Below are positions 51,500 to 64,000 of a stretch of 64,000 bases of DNA, piece after piece (within the stretch, counting starts at the first letter, position 1; every line of letters starts with the position of its first letter). The notes below the pieces were generated by a model. It was not told the origin of the DNA. It searched no databases and saw only the letters and a program-made list of their open reading frames with translations. The stretch comes from Lama glama (taxonomy: Eukaryota): positions 79,982,001 through 80,046,000 of the forward strand of contig CM052816.1 in NCBI GenBank assembly GCA_028534125.1. Reading direction: 5' to 3'. The translations under genes were made by a program, and so were the position numbers.

Positions 51500-52140
51500 T
51501 TCATTCATCCATTTATTCATTCATTCAACAGAGATTTATCAAGCAGCTTGTATATGCCAGGCTGGGGATTCAGCAGTGAACTAGCTAAAGCCTGTGTCCT
51601 CCCAGGCATGCTGTTCTCAGGGAAGAAACAGGTCAGGCACAAAGGAGACAATTACCGATAAGCAGGTGTAATATTAAGGGTAATAAATGCGTAAAAATGG
51701 AAGTGAGGACAGGCAGTGACAGGAGTGTGTGATTTGGGGGGAGGGGTAATCAGGGAAGATCTCTCTGGGTGACATCCGAGCAGACAGCCCTGAGGATTCC
51801 TGGGGAGGAGCATTCCAGGCTGGGAACAGCAAGTGAAAGGCTGAGGTGGGCTGGGTGGGCTTGAGGAACTACAAGCAAGCCTGGAAGAGAATGAACAAGA
51901 GGACTGTGTGGTCAGAGGGGCTGAGCACAGGTGGCTTGTGGACCTGGGAAGGACTCTTTCCTGAGTGGAATGGGAAGCTACCAAAAGGACTCTGAGCACA
52001 GGAGTGACGAAAGGATCTCCAGAGCTGCAGGGAGTTGAGTAGAAGCAGGGAGACCTATTCTGGCAAGATGGGGTGGTAGCAGTCAGGACAGTGAGAGGCA
52101 GTCCATTTGTGGACCTATTTTGAAGATAAAACTAGTATGC
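51500..52140 (-). mobile_element. L2 LINE 3' fragment
   Basis: (ttca)n tail, tatgccagg...gctggggattcagcagtgaac, gagcattccaggctgggaacagcaagtgaaagg, gaagcagggagacc. Confidence 0.85.
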
Positions 52141-52184
52141 TCTGGTGATGTGACACAGAGATCAGGGCATTTGCATTACACAGG

Positions 52185-52400
52185 TGTGGAGTCAAAGCCC
52201 AGCTCTGCCACCTGGGCAGATAGACATCAGGTCTACCAAGGCTCTCCCACTTTCCTTTTAAAGAAAAGATAAATTTAATAGCATCTTGGGGAAAAGTTTT
52301 AAATTCCCTGAGTCTCAGCTTCTTCTGTAAAATGGGGATAATACCACCTTCACTGCAAAGGTGAAACACTATATATAAGCACCTGTTATAATACTGGGGT
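52185..52400 (+). mobile_element. MIR SINE
   Basis: cccagctctgccac, ctgagtctcagcttcttctgtaaaatggggataataccacct. Confidence 0.7.
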
Positions 52401-54367
52401 GCTTTTTTAGAAAAATCCTTTTATCTCTGGTTAACCCTAATACCCATGCCCCCCTAGAGAACACTCTTGTAGGGAGATGTCAGAAGAATTTTCATGGCCT
52501 TAAGGTCCCCTTCACTGGTCCACCTTTTCTTGGGTGGCTGGAGTTGACTTTCATCACACATTTGTTATTTTCAAGGTTGGCTTATTGCGGCTCTAATCTA
52601 AGTAGAACCAGCAAATGCATCCATGCCCCTGATCCCAGAGGTGGACAGAAAGAGTAAATGAAAAACAGAATCCCCAGGCTAAGAATTTCTGACAATGCCA
52701 GGAAGGCATTTGGGCACAGTATTGCTAATTGCATGTCAAACACTCCTGGCTCTGGTACTCAACAAAAGAGGGTTAATTATTATTATTTGTTATTAGATTT
52801 CTAAAGCTGGGAGTTGTTGCTTCCTTTCCTGTCCAATAATTAGTTAGGCCAGCATTTCTTACTCATGGCAACATATGATCACAATCATATGACCTTGAGC
52901 TCCGGAAGGAGTGAAGCCACTCAGCCCTGAAAATGAAACTGAAAATCATTCTTCTGGCTTCTTGGCTGGAATGGCCACTAGAAAGTACATGTATTTATTT
53001 TGGTTCCTTCCACTTTCCTATCCCAGTTAACCCAATGCCACATTTACATGGCTGCCTCTCTAAAAATTTGAAATTATTTTGCAAATCTCATTTGTGTTTA
53101 ATGTGACTTTTTAAAAAGCAATTCTAAAGAACAGCAGGTTGAGGGATAGAAACTGTCAATAAGATTAAAACGACTTATTAACGGATGCTTAAAAATGATG
53201 GAGAAATCTGGTAATGGAACCTTTATAACTGAAACTTACAAATCTAGCTCAAGAATGTAAATACAGTTTTAACAGAACAATTGCTGATTACTCAGGAAAA
53301 AAATAAAATTCAAACAGAGCACCTTAGCATCTTCTGGAGCACTTATTGAAGGTCCTCAAAAATGCTATTAAATTCTTAAAATTCCCCTCTACAAGATAAT
53401 ACCTTCCTCTGAACTTCTAAAACCTGTATTTCATATCACTCATGCACCGCTTAGATTCTGTCCTAAGTATGCTTCTTCTACATGTAAATGTCCTGTCTCC
53501 CCAGTGAAAAGTGCAGGTTCCCCAAAGGCAAGAATCACGCCTCCCATTTTATGTATGGACCCGGGACCTCGCACCTGGGAGGTACTTAATGTGTTCTTAA
53601 CATTATTATGTAATTTCCCCATAAAGCTGCATTTCTCCAAGGTTGTTCTGTTCCTCAAGATGCACCCCCAAGGGTTGTGAAGTAAAAAATATTACCATGT
53701 GGCATACTCCCCACTCCCCATACCCAACCTTCCCCTTCCTCAAAGCTTTACAATGTACATTAACAGCGTTAAGGCATCAAGCTGTCCTGCAATAAAGAAA
53801 CCTATTTATTTTGCTGAACAGGACATTTTCTGAATTTATTTGACACAAGGAAACTTTTCTTGCCTATAATACCTGTTAACATCCAGCAGCACTGCTTGGG
53901 GAATCTGAAACAACATCCTATATATAACTAAGTGCTCAGTAAATAACACATGTAAGACCCTTTACAGTTTATAAGGCACTTTCAATGTGTCATTACGATT
54001 GAACTCCCACAAAAGACAGACTTATAAAGAAAGACATTAAGAAGAAGGGAAACTCACTGTCTTCCTTTCCTCCCACCCCCTCGACTTCTCACTCACATCC
54101 CTTCCTTAATGCATCCATCAGCTGAAAACTCCTTTTCTTTCAGACTGTGAGTCAGGATACAATGTGACTCGACCTATTCCTCCCAACAAGGGACTGCCTC
54201 TTGGAACTAAGAAGGTCCTTAGATATAAACTTTAAGTTGTTCCCTTTACTCTTGGGGGGGGGTAGGTTTTAGGTTCAGGAAATCTACCTTGAAGACTCAG
54301 AGAAATTAGGTGACTTGATTAGTAATATGACTTTAGCTTAGAGGAAACAAAGTTCCAAATTTAGAGA

Positions 54368-54882
54368 TATATCAGTAAGGACTAGGTTCAACTGTATATG
54401 GAAGTAAACCCAAAATAACAGTGGCTTAACTAAGACAGAAGTCTCTACGTATAAACAGGGTCTGAGGGGAGTCAGACCAGAGCTAACAAGACAGCCCCAT
54501 GGACAGTTAAAATTGAGGCAACCTCTGTTTCACCATCTTAATACAAGGCTTCCATCTTTGAGGTCACCTCAGGACCCAAAAAGGCAGCTGGAATGTTAAC
54601 CATCACATCCTCATCCCAGGCAGAAAAATAAAAGACAGAATAGGCAAAAAACACGTAGCTTTCAGCAGAGCGATAAGATCCCTTATGGAGACTTTCCTCA
54701 ATCACCCATATCAACATCTCATTGCCCAGACCTGGTCATACAGCCAAAATCAGCCCAAAATAGGCTGATAAATGTGGTCTTTTAGCTGAGTACACTGAAT
54801 TCCAAATTTTAAAAATGAAGTCCTATCACTAAGAAAGAATAGGAAAATGGATATTGGGTAGTCTCCTAGCAATCTCTGCCAA
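54368..54882 (-). mobile_element. Old MLT1 (J/K-like) LTR
   Basis: cccaaaataacagtggcttaa, catcacatcctcatcccaggcag, atctcattgcccaga, atggatattggg. Confidence 0.7.
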
Positions 54883-54946
54883 GAAGGAAGAATAAAGATG
54901 TAAGACTCTTACTGTGTTAAAATTCTGGTCAGAAGTCATTTAGTCC

Positions 54947-55153
54947 AACATTTCTCAAGCTCACTCACTGATAAGAATCATGTGTGGAGGGTGAGCGGCG
55001 GAGGGGTAAGAGGGAAGATCTTCACTGAAATAAGATTCCCAGGCTCCACCCAGACCTACTGAACCAGAACCACCATGGGGAGGAGGTAACGATCTCTGTT
55101 TTTAACAAGCACCCTAGGTGATTCTTATCATCAAGCAAGTTTGGGAAACACTG
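54947..55153. mobile_element. MER5-group hAT relic
   Basis: tttctcaag...gattcccaggctccacccagacctactgaa...tttaacaagcaccctaggtgattct...tttgggaaacactg. Confidence 0.75.
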
Positions 55154-55406
55154 AAATCTAATCTTCCACCCAATTTGGCAGTCTCAGCAAATTCCTGAGC
55201 CTTGGGGCCCCAGAGGCACTCGGTCCACCTTCAAGCAGCAAGAGACATGAAAGTTCTTTCTTTTACTGATGCAACTTCCATCAGAGAACCTGCCCGACAG
55301 GAAGAGACCAAGGGGGCCTCACCATTAAGGAATTATACCAAAGTTATCATGAATTGGGCGACCAAATGCTTTAACTAACCAGCTTCATCACATGAGCAAA
55401 TATGAC

Positions 55407-55856
55407 TGCTAAAGAGAAAAACTACAGGCCCAAAATGGCATCACTTGCTCTAAAGCCCATGACACCAAACCTAGATTTAATACCCAACCAAACAGCAGTT
55501 TGGACCTTCACCAGAAATGTAATCTTAATCAACCAGCCTGGAATCTTCTGATCAGCACCAATGAGGTAATCTGGGCCACCTGGGCCTCTCTCATCCCCCA
55601 AAGGAAGAAGAGGCAATTTGCATGATAAAGACCCCTGCCCTTCCCTTTCCCCGCAAAAAGATGTTCTTACCTAAAAATAATTCTTTCTTCCCTTTGCTAA
55701 TAGCTCCCCTGCCCCACCTTCCTATAAAAACTTCCCATTTTGGACAATCTCTGAGCACCCTTCTGGTCGCTGAATGGGATGCTGCCCTGTTCATGAATCA
55801 CCTAATAAAGCCAATTAGATCATTGAAGGTCCTTGGTCAAATTTTGTTTCTTAACA
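55407..55856 (+). mobile_element. ERV1-type (MER34-like) solo LTR
   Basis: TG...CA termini, cctataaaa TATA, aataaagccaattagatc polyA region; TSD tgac/tgat (3 of 4). Confidence 0.75.
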
Positions 55857-56301
55857 TGATCATGTAAATTCAGACCACTCCTTACAGAAAGCTTTAGAAT
55901 GATTCTCTTCCAATTTTTTCAATTGTACTTTTACCAACTGGTATGTAAGTCTGACAAGCGTCAGAGTCCCTCAGCCTCCGTGGTACCCCGCGGTGCATTA
56001 GGGAGCACTCCAGGAAGGTTGCCCGAAGTTGGTTGAAGGCCTTTAGCCTACGGGCGGATGGGTTTCCCTTTGAGGATTAAAGTAGCTCCAGATCAAAGGT
56101 GTAGTGCACTTTGTAACATTCTGAAGTCAGTTCTTCCTGATTTGTACTCTTGCTTCTCCATCCATTGCAGCATTTATTTCCTCCAAACAAATGTATTGAG
56201 GACCGTATAGTCTACCATCCTAGCAGTTCTGGAACCGTAGGGTACCCCAGGACGAAGTTGCTGTGATGAATGAATCCTAGGGCTGATGGGGATTCTGATT
56301 T

Positions 56302-56943
56302 TGTTGATGGAGAATATAGGTTCTTCTCTTGCACATGGAAGAAATCAAGAGCAAGCCATAGTAAAGTGAAAGCAGATTTATTCTGGGAGGTAACACACTC
56401 CATAGACAGAGTGTGAGTCATCTCAGAAGGCAAGAGAGGTGGCCCCGGAGCATGGGGTCATCTGAGAAAGTGAAAGCAGCCTTAGAAGACAGATACACAC
56501 TCCACAGACAGAATGCAAGCTGTCTCAAAAGGCAAAAGGTGGCCCCCGAGGAAGGGGTCCTCTAGGAAAGTGAGATCAGCCACGAGATGTGGGGTGGTTA
56601 GTTTCTGTGGGCTGGGTAATTGCATATGCTAACAAGCAGGAGGATTATTCCAACTGTTTCGGGAAAGACGGGTGTGTGTGTGTGGGGGGGTGTGATTTCC
56701 AGAAATTGGGCCACTGTCTTTTTGGCCTTTTTATGGCCAGCCTCAGAGCTGTCGTGACACCTGTGGGTGTGCCATTTAGCATGCTAAGACACTATGTTGA
56801 TCGTATAATGAGGATCAAGGTCCACTGGAAGTCAGATCCTCTGCCATCTTGGGATGAGTTGGTTCTAAATAGTTTATGTCGTATCCTCAACTGTTGTGTC
56901 ATCGTTTTAATGGTTGTGCCCTGCCCCCTTCCCTCCTGTCTCC
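56302..56943 (-). mobile_element. ERV1-type solo LTR with internal ~100-bp tandem units, 4-bp TSD ATTT
   Basis: tgttgatgg...cctcctgtctcc; minus-strand AATAAA (tttatt 56377-56382); ATTT at 56298-56301 and 56944-56947. Confidence 0.75.
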
Positions 56944-57170
56944 ATTTCATTTGCCATCCATCCCAGGCTAAAACTGAGACAATCTGCTGAGGCGAAGGCA
57001 CCCTAATTATACCAGAAACTTCTTCTATCTGCCATGACCTTTCCACAGAAGAAAATGATTCCAACTTATATTTGGCCTTCACTTTATGAGTGAAGAAATG
57101 TACTTTCAGAATATAATGAATACAAGAATGAAATAAATATGTTAAAGGAAGATTATTTTTCATGTTCTGG

Positions 57171-57593
57171 TGTTATGGTTTGAATTATGTTCTCCTCCCC
57201 AAAAAATACATTGATGTCCTAATCTCCAGTACCTCAGAATGTGACCTTATTTGGAAATAGGGTCTTTACAGAGGTAATTAAGTTAAACTGAGGTCAAAAG
57301 AATGAACTCTAATCCAATGGACTGATGTCCTTATGAATAGGGGAAATTTGGACACAGACACCTGGACAGAAGACAGAGGATTGGAATATATACTGATAAG
57401 GCAAAGAATGCAAAAAATTGTGTGCAAACTCCCAGACACCGGGAAGAAACAAGACAAGTTTCAGAGGGGCCATAATCTTGCAGACCTTGATTTCAGACTT
57501 CTAGCCTCCAGGACCGTGAGACAATAAATTTTTGTTGTTCTAAGTCAGTCCATTTACGGTACTCTGCTATAGCAGCCCTAGCCAATGACTGCA
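57171..57593 (+). mobile_element. MLT1 (MLT1B-like) solo LTR
   Basis: tgttatggtttgaatt, cagtacctcagaatgtgaccttatttggaaatagggtc, gtgagacaataaattt, atagcagccctag. Confidence 0.88.
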
Positions 57594-59791
57594 ATCGGTT
57601 AGTGAATGTATTTCATCATCAAGGTCAAATTCAACGTCCCTGATCTAAGACTGAAGCTATCTGCCTGCACAACTCAGTCTGAAAGCAGAACACAGAAACT
57701 GCAAAAGTCCACTTGAGAATAATTTAAATTGCATTTAAATGCAGGCTTTAAATTGCATTTGCTTTCTCCAGGATGCTTTGAAAACCAGGTTTTTCTACTT
57801 CTCATCATTGAGGGGTGGGTGTAAGTGAAGATGGAGGGGATTCATTCTGACGCCTCTCAGATCAGGAATATCTACAATACTACTTCCTTGGTACGTGAGC
57901 ACTTGCTACCCTGGATCAGTGGTTCTAAATGCTTTCTGCTAAGGACAGTCTCCCAAGGAGACTTAAAGACACCCAGCCCTGACTCCTCTCCAGAAATGTT
58001 GATTCAGTTGGTTTAGGGCCGGGGCATGAGAAGCAGAAATTGCTTTGGCTTTTAAGCTCCCCAGGCAATATTAATGTACAGGAGGAGGCAAGAACAACTG
58101 CCCAAGATTACATGTGTGAAGTTTCTTCCCCCTCCCAAATATCAATGGGGGGGAACCCCTTCCAAATTTAGAAATAATAGGAAAACCCATCCTGTGTGAA
58201 ATTGACATTAAGTAGCCATAAACTTTGAAAGCCGACTTTAGAAATCTAATTTCCATATGAATAATTGTTCCATCCTGTGTTAGATTAGCTATGTTTTAAC
58301 TAAATGGCTCCACCCAGGCTCTCAGACATCTAATTTATGGCATAATAGTCTCAGATATTCAATCCCACCCTCCATAGTTTTAACAGAAAGTAAAATTTTG
58401 TCTTAGTCTTTTTTTTTAAGCTACTGATATTTTTCACTATTGCAAGTTAGTAAAATATCCAAATATCTAAATCCAAAGCTACCCACCACCTATGAAATAT
58501 GTTCTGAATAAATTTAAGTTTTTTTCTGTTTTGTTTTGGTAAAAGGGCAAGGTAATTTACTTGACAACTGTTTAACAGCTGGCGTGTTTGATCAGAACTC
58601 TGCAGACGTCTTCAAAACATTTCAATTTCTTTCTACTTAGCTGCTTTATTACTTTAAATTATGGCTCTAAAGACTGTATTAAATTATGTCTTCAATTAAG
58701 CGTATATAAAAAACACAGAAGGAGCTTAGCTTTTATACTACTTAATTTCTTGACAAGATAACGTCTCATTACTCCACTTCAGAAACAAGACAAATTCATC
58801 AATACAGTAGACATAAGACAGAAAGAGCCTTTTTCTTAAACCTTTTTCTCTCTTTCTCTTCCTGCCTATCACAAATCTCAAAGCTTTGATTTTTCCCCTT
58901 GGAAAGAAGGTCAGAGACAGAGATTTCCTGTCTACAGCTCTGCTTTGTGCTTAAGGAAACGTGAAAAAAGACCTGCATATTTCAAAAGAAGGTCATTATA
59001 ACCACTACATACAAAAGGGTCACATTCTTCCCTCCCTGTTTGTTCTTAATTAGCAGAGATTACAAGAAATGCCACGGGCGAGAGGAACAAGAGGATACAT
59101 TCTGACTAGGTACTAGTGGAGACTTGAACACACTGCAATTAAGATGTGTGTTCTTTTTTTCCAGATACCCGTGGGACTTTGCACAACTCCAGTAAAAAGA
59201 AATGTACTGCTTTCTGACTCTCTTACAGAAGCAATTACCAGTGGATGCAGAGATGAATGGGAGCAGAGGGGGTTGGAAAAGAGACCTGAACAGGAAACAT
59301 AGAACTTTAAAGCTTAATGAGACTTTTGAGAGCATCTTATTTTACCCAGGTGGAAACCCGGGGAGGTGAACTGACTTGTAGGAGCCTCGCACATGTAACT
59401 GGCAGAATTAAGATCAGTAAATGAAGCCCACAGTTCCGTCCACAAAATCGGCTGCCAAGTCTTGACGCCATTCAGAAGACACAGTAAAAGGCTGAGCCAA
59501 CCTCTTTGCCTCTCTGGCCTCATGCTTTACATATTTATCATCCTTTAATATGCTGTAATTGATGGGGGGTGGTGAGAGCTGGAGATCTTGACTGAGTTAC
59601 CACCTCCTGTTAAGATGAAAAGCTGTTCTGGAGTGGGAAGAGGATATTTCCCACGACACGCAATTCACAGTACAAAGTTCGAGGTCAAAGAACCATGTGT
59701 GGCAGAAGGGTGGGGGGAGGGTGTGGGGGTATTCTGTGCTCACAGGATGGCAAGGATAACCTGGCGTTTCAAGCTGAGAAAAACACTCCTT

Positions 59792-59912
59792 GGGGGAAGG
59801 TATAGCTCCGTGGTAGAGTGTATGCTTAGCATGCACAAGGTCCTGGGTTCAATCCCCAGTACCTCCATTAAAAATAAAATTAAAAAATAAAGTTATCCAT
59901 TAAAAAAAACAA
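59792..59912 (+). mobile_element. vic-1-type tRNA-derived SINE
   Basis: gggggaaggtatagctccgtggtagagtgtatgcttagcatgcacaaggtcctgggttcaatccccagtacctccatta plus A-rich tail. Confidence 0.88.
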
Positions 59913-60874
59913 AAGACATGTAACAGGAGCCACCAACAAAGAAGGCACTACACAGATCAGGAACAAAAAGCTTGAAAGACCTTGTGATGTAGCATAGTGA
60001 TGCAATAGGCAAAACACCAGCGCAATGATGTTCTGAAATGAAAAATTTCCTCACAAGCTCAGAACTCCATGGCTCCAGTGTCATCTTTAAAATGTCATCG
60101 TAAGTGTCTAAATATCAACCTCGAATCCATTACTCAGAGATACTGAGTAAGGGCCTCCCCAGATATGACAAAAGCCACATAAAGGCAGAAAATAATCCTT
60201 CAGTGACATCGCATGTATGTTTACCTTATAAGAAATCTTCACTGTGCTCAGTTTAACTTAACGAGCAACTTTCAATACAGGAAGATACACACATTCCATG
60301 AGTTATATAAAGCCAAGGCTGAAGTGGGTGATTTAACATCTCAAGGAAAAAAGTATGAATTATGTGAAGGTCAAGTCCATTTTTAAAAGCGTATTAGGAG
60401 GCATTACAAAAATAAGGAAGTGGTTATAAATCTGAGCTCCAAAGATGGTAACTCCCTTGTATGGAGAGAGATAAAACACTGGGGCAGAACAATTACATTC
60501 CTATGCTAACAGAACACTTAACAGGAAAAAAAAAGGCCGGAATTACAGTATTTAAAAAATGCATTTCATTGAGAGGCTCCATATTGAAATGAGTGGGGTT
60601 GGACCAGCAGCTCAAATTCCTCTTAAGTTCAGAGGGCAAATGGTAGGCTATCGCTTTTTCAAATACAGAGGTTATTACCATACGTCAAAAGAAAAGGAAA
60701 AGGGCTATAAATCAGTCCCCCAAAGGTGAATTTAAGTGGGCTGGGTGCTCCCAAGCATGAAGACTCAGAGCCCATGGTGCTAATGTAAAGAAATGATGGG
60801 TGATCAGCTCCATCATTTTATTTTGTCCTATAGGTGTGTGGCTTTTGCAATTTTGTTGTTTTATTAGTGTCTAA

Positions 60875-61319
60875 CACTGCTGTCCAAGAGAAATATAATG
60901 CAAGTCACATTTTATATTTTCTGATAGCCACATTTAAAAATGTAAAAAAGTAGACAAAATTAATTCTAATGTTTCATATAAACCAATATAACCCAAATAT
61001 TATCATTTCAGCATGAAACCAACATGAAAACTGTTAACGGGATATTTTACACTTTTTTCCACACTAAGATTTCAAAATCCTGTACGTTACACTACATCTC
61101 AATTCTGCTGCTACATTTTTGTCTGAAATACTTGTCATGTATTTCAACTTCATGAAATTCACACATGAACAAGTAAATTTGCATACTCCATTTGTTTCAA
61201 ACTTAAAAGTTTCCAACATCTGAACTGAGAATTCATTTTAAAATTTAAATTAAAATTTAAAATTCCATTCCTTAGTTGCTCTAGCCTGTTTCAAGTGACT
61301 ACAGGAGGGGACAGCACAG
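60875..61319. mobile_element. MER33/Charlie5-like hAT relic
   Basis: gctgtccaagagaaatataatgcaagtcacat, tagccacatttaaaaa, aaatattatcatttca, ends ggacagcacag. Confidence 0.8.
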
Positions 61320-62059
61320 TCTCATACATATATCCCTCCCTGTTCCACCCTCCCAGGAGCTGTTTCTCTTTTCAAGAGGCTACATCTTCCATGGAATACA
61401 AAAGACAGGCAATAAACAAAACTTGAAGTCAGTCCATAGGGTGATAAATATAATTCCTTCATCACCCAAAACCTTTATGAAATTCACCTTATAGAATACA
61501 GAAATGGAAGAAATATTGAGTTTTTTGTAAGTAGATTTGATAGGTGAGTTTATTACTGGGGATAGAATCAGAAAGAATTTGGAAAAGCGGTTTGACTATC
61601 TTGAGCATTTCAATCTTATTTAATATCTTCATATTATCCTAGGAGGGAGGCACTTTTCTCATATTCCCATTTTACTGAATAGGAAACATAGGCTCAGATT
61701 AGAGATAATAAGTGGGCAACAGAAATTGTGCTTAACTAATGAAAGAAGCTAACTTTCAGGAGATAACTTTCTGGATTCTGTGCACAAAACACCACCCAGC
61801 CAGTCAAGTAATTAGGGATACTGAATCCCTCGTAGAGTTTAGGAAAAGACAGGACAAATCACAGAATGGAAGTGTTCATCCACACAGCTCTCCTTTTTGT
61901 TCAAAGTGCCATGAAACTATAAATCTTTTACCTTTAGTGGTGATGCAACACCCTCTCCCATTGGACAAAGAATCTCTGGAGGTGCATTCTAGTAATTATC
62001 AGGTGCAAAGGCTTTCAAGACGGTTTTCATGTACAGTGAGGGGTGGCAACTACAGAGAC

Positions 62060-62230
62060 AGATTGGATCTCCAACTTTAGTTTGCACCAGAACTGCCTGG
62101 GATCGGGGACTGGCTGGGCTCCACTCCCAGAATTTCTGGTTAGGTAGGCCTAGGGGTGAACCCAAGAATCTGCATCTCTAACAAGTTCCCCAGGAACCCG
62201 GATGCTGATGGTCACCTGGGGAACAACTGA
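62060..62230. mobile_element. MER5A-like relic
   Basis: gctgggctccactcccagaatttctg, aagaatctgcatctctaacaagttcccc, gatgctgatg. Confidence 0.75.
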
Positions 62231-64000
62231 ACGCTAAGAAAGAGAAATGCACTTAAAGGTAGAGAAAAGAACCACCACAAATTCTCTTAAGAACCTTGTT
62301 CTTTAGGGCAATTTACTAGGCTCACGACTACCTCAGAGGAGGGCCTAGATGGTAACTGCTGGGATCTGAGATGGGCTGGATGTCACGGCTTATAGCCTCC
62401 TCCTCCTCCTTTCAGGTCAGAAGATGGAAAAATGCAGACTTTACCCAGAAGCTACTGCAACTCAAACCTCAGGGACCCCTCACTAGTATGGGTCCCTTCC
62501 AGGGGCTGGCAACAACATGCTCATAGAGCACACACATAACTTACTTGTTTTTTGTTTTTGTAAAACTTATAAAGTGAAATTGTTTGGAATTTTTTTTAAA
62601 GGAACAACTCCCCCATGTATTTTTGTATAAACCTCAGGCTCCGTAAAACTTGGCTGTATCCTTGGAGGCCTCTTAAAATGTTTGTATCTTCCAGATTTTT
62701 TTCTAGGACGAGAAAAACGTTAAAAAAATTTTAAACATCACAAATGTGTTTAAGAACTTGCTTTTATCTCTTAATAATAACATACAAAACAGCTCTCGTA
62801 AATAGATCTTTGCAACATGCTTAATGGCTTTGTAATACGTACCCAAAAATATACTCAGCCAACTTTTTTACTAGAACACTTAAGTGGTTTTGAGTTTTTA
62901 TATATTTAAGTATCACCATGGTGAATATCCTTAAAGCTAAATATTTTTGCTCATCCTTATTTCCAAAGTATTCCTAAGTGTTGATATGTACCATATGCAT
63001 TTGCTTTCCATTTGCTGTAATTATAATGTAATATAATCTTGTAACTTGAATCTCCACTTAATTTATCAAATGCACTTTCCCTGCTGCTACATGATTTTTT
63101 AAGCTTAGTATTTTTAATAACTCTAGAACATTCCTGTCTGTGGATGTAACATCATTTATTTTATCTGCCTACTCCTCCAAAATATGGGTTACTCTCCAAT
63201 TTTATTACTGTAAATAATACAACAAAAAAACTCCATATTTTAGGTCATTTCCTTCACAAAGCTTCTCTTAAGCAGTGCCTAACCCAATAGTATTATTTAT
63301 AAAACAGGTTTGTGGTAGAGAAATGAAATGTATGAACAGGGTTCACAATGGACTTGAAAGTAACAGAGCCTCGAAGATGAGTAACAGTCACCACACTATA
63401 CCTAGACCGTAAACTGAATCCGGTGACTGTCTTGAGGGATTACTTGACTATTCTAGAGAATTCTTCCCCAGCAAGAAGCAAGTTGTCCAGACTCTTTTTG
63501 ACCAACTTTGGCTAAAGGACTCAGAAATGTATAAAACATTGAAAAATAATGATACTGTGGCCTCCTTTAAATGAGGCTGAAATAGATGCCCCATCCTTAA
63601 CCAGGACCTAAGCACTGTTTTCTTTCCAGTGATGAGTGGTCGTGCTTCTAATCCGTAACAGTCAGGTTCTCTTGTGAGCAAAGAGACACAAGATGCCAGT
63701 CAGTAAATCGGGTCTAAATTTAGATAATTTTGGCCCATGAGACACACGCTAGTTAATTAGCCTCCACCAGGTCTAAGTTCATGACTGGTCTCATCAGTAT
63801 GGTTCTCCAACCTCTTCAGCTAATTAGCTACAGACACCAAATAATTTCACAGCCTGAGTACAAAACCCAGGAGGGTGCTGTACATAACAAGCCATGCCCT
63901 CCTATGACTCCTGTTAATGTCACGTAACACAATCGGAAGTGGCCAAGAGGACATCCAGATCACCCTAAAGGAAACCCACCCAGAAAACCCCTCTGCCCTT

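Larger units (their letters stand above)
16080..64000 (-). other. RAI14: Upstream RAI14 intron (more than 47 kb, extends beyond the window)
   Basis: The preceding coding exon (MKSLKAKFRKSD in human) was not found in this interval and the sequence is repeat-rich. Consistent with the very long intron I recall before this exon in mammals. Confidence 0.75.

Noticed and set aside
59792..59870. tRNA gene (also 10160 and 22748)
   Set aside because: Diverged copies with A-rich tails, TSDs on two of the three, and no intact cloverleaf or acceptor stem; these are SINEs.
1..64000. CRISPR array, prokaryotic operon, intact retroviral gag/pol/env, or a nested new gene
   Set aside because: No regularly spaced repeat-spacer array and no long ORF. 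The LTRs are solo or truncated, and composition is that of mammalian intronic DNA.

Overview
This is mammalian genomic DNA, most likely from a camelid: three copies of a tRNA-derived vic-1-type SINE are present, along with artiodactyl-type L1 3' ends. The only supportable coding sequence is one 131-bp internal exon on the minus strand (15949-16079). It encodes [43 protein letters not shown](A), the N-terminal ankyrin-repeat region of RAI14 (ankycorbin/NORPEG). The rest of the window is inferred to be the two long flanking RAI14 introns. These are densely filled with L1, L2, MIR, hAT-type MER DNA transposon relics and solo LTRs (MLT1, MLT2, LTR16, MER21-like, ERV1-type), several of them nested with readable target-site duplications. 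The other ORFs in the track look like chance or repeat-derived frames. No CRISPR array, true tRNA/rRNA gene or new multi-gene system can be supported. The best leads lie just upstream of the exon: a perfect AGGTCA-A-AGGTCA DR1 nuclear-receptor element inside a dense motif cluster, and an in-frame strong-Kozak ATG 69 nt before the acceptor. Together they suggest an internal promoter/enhancer and an alternative N-terminus. Repeat family names are from recognition by eye and boundaries are approximate unless TSDs are quoted.
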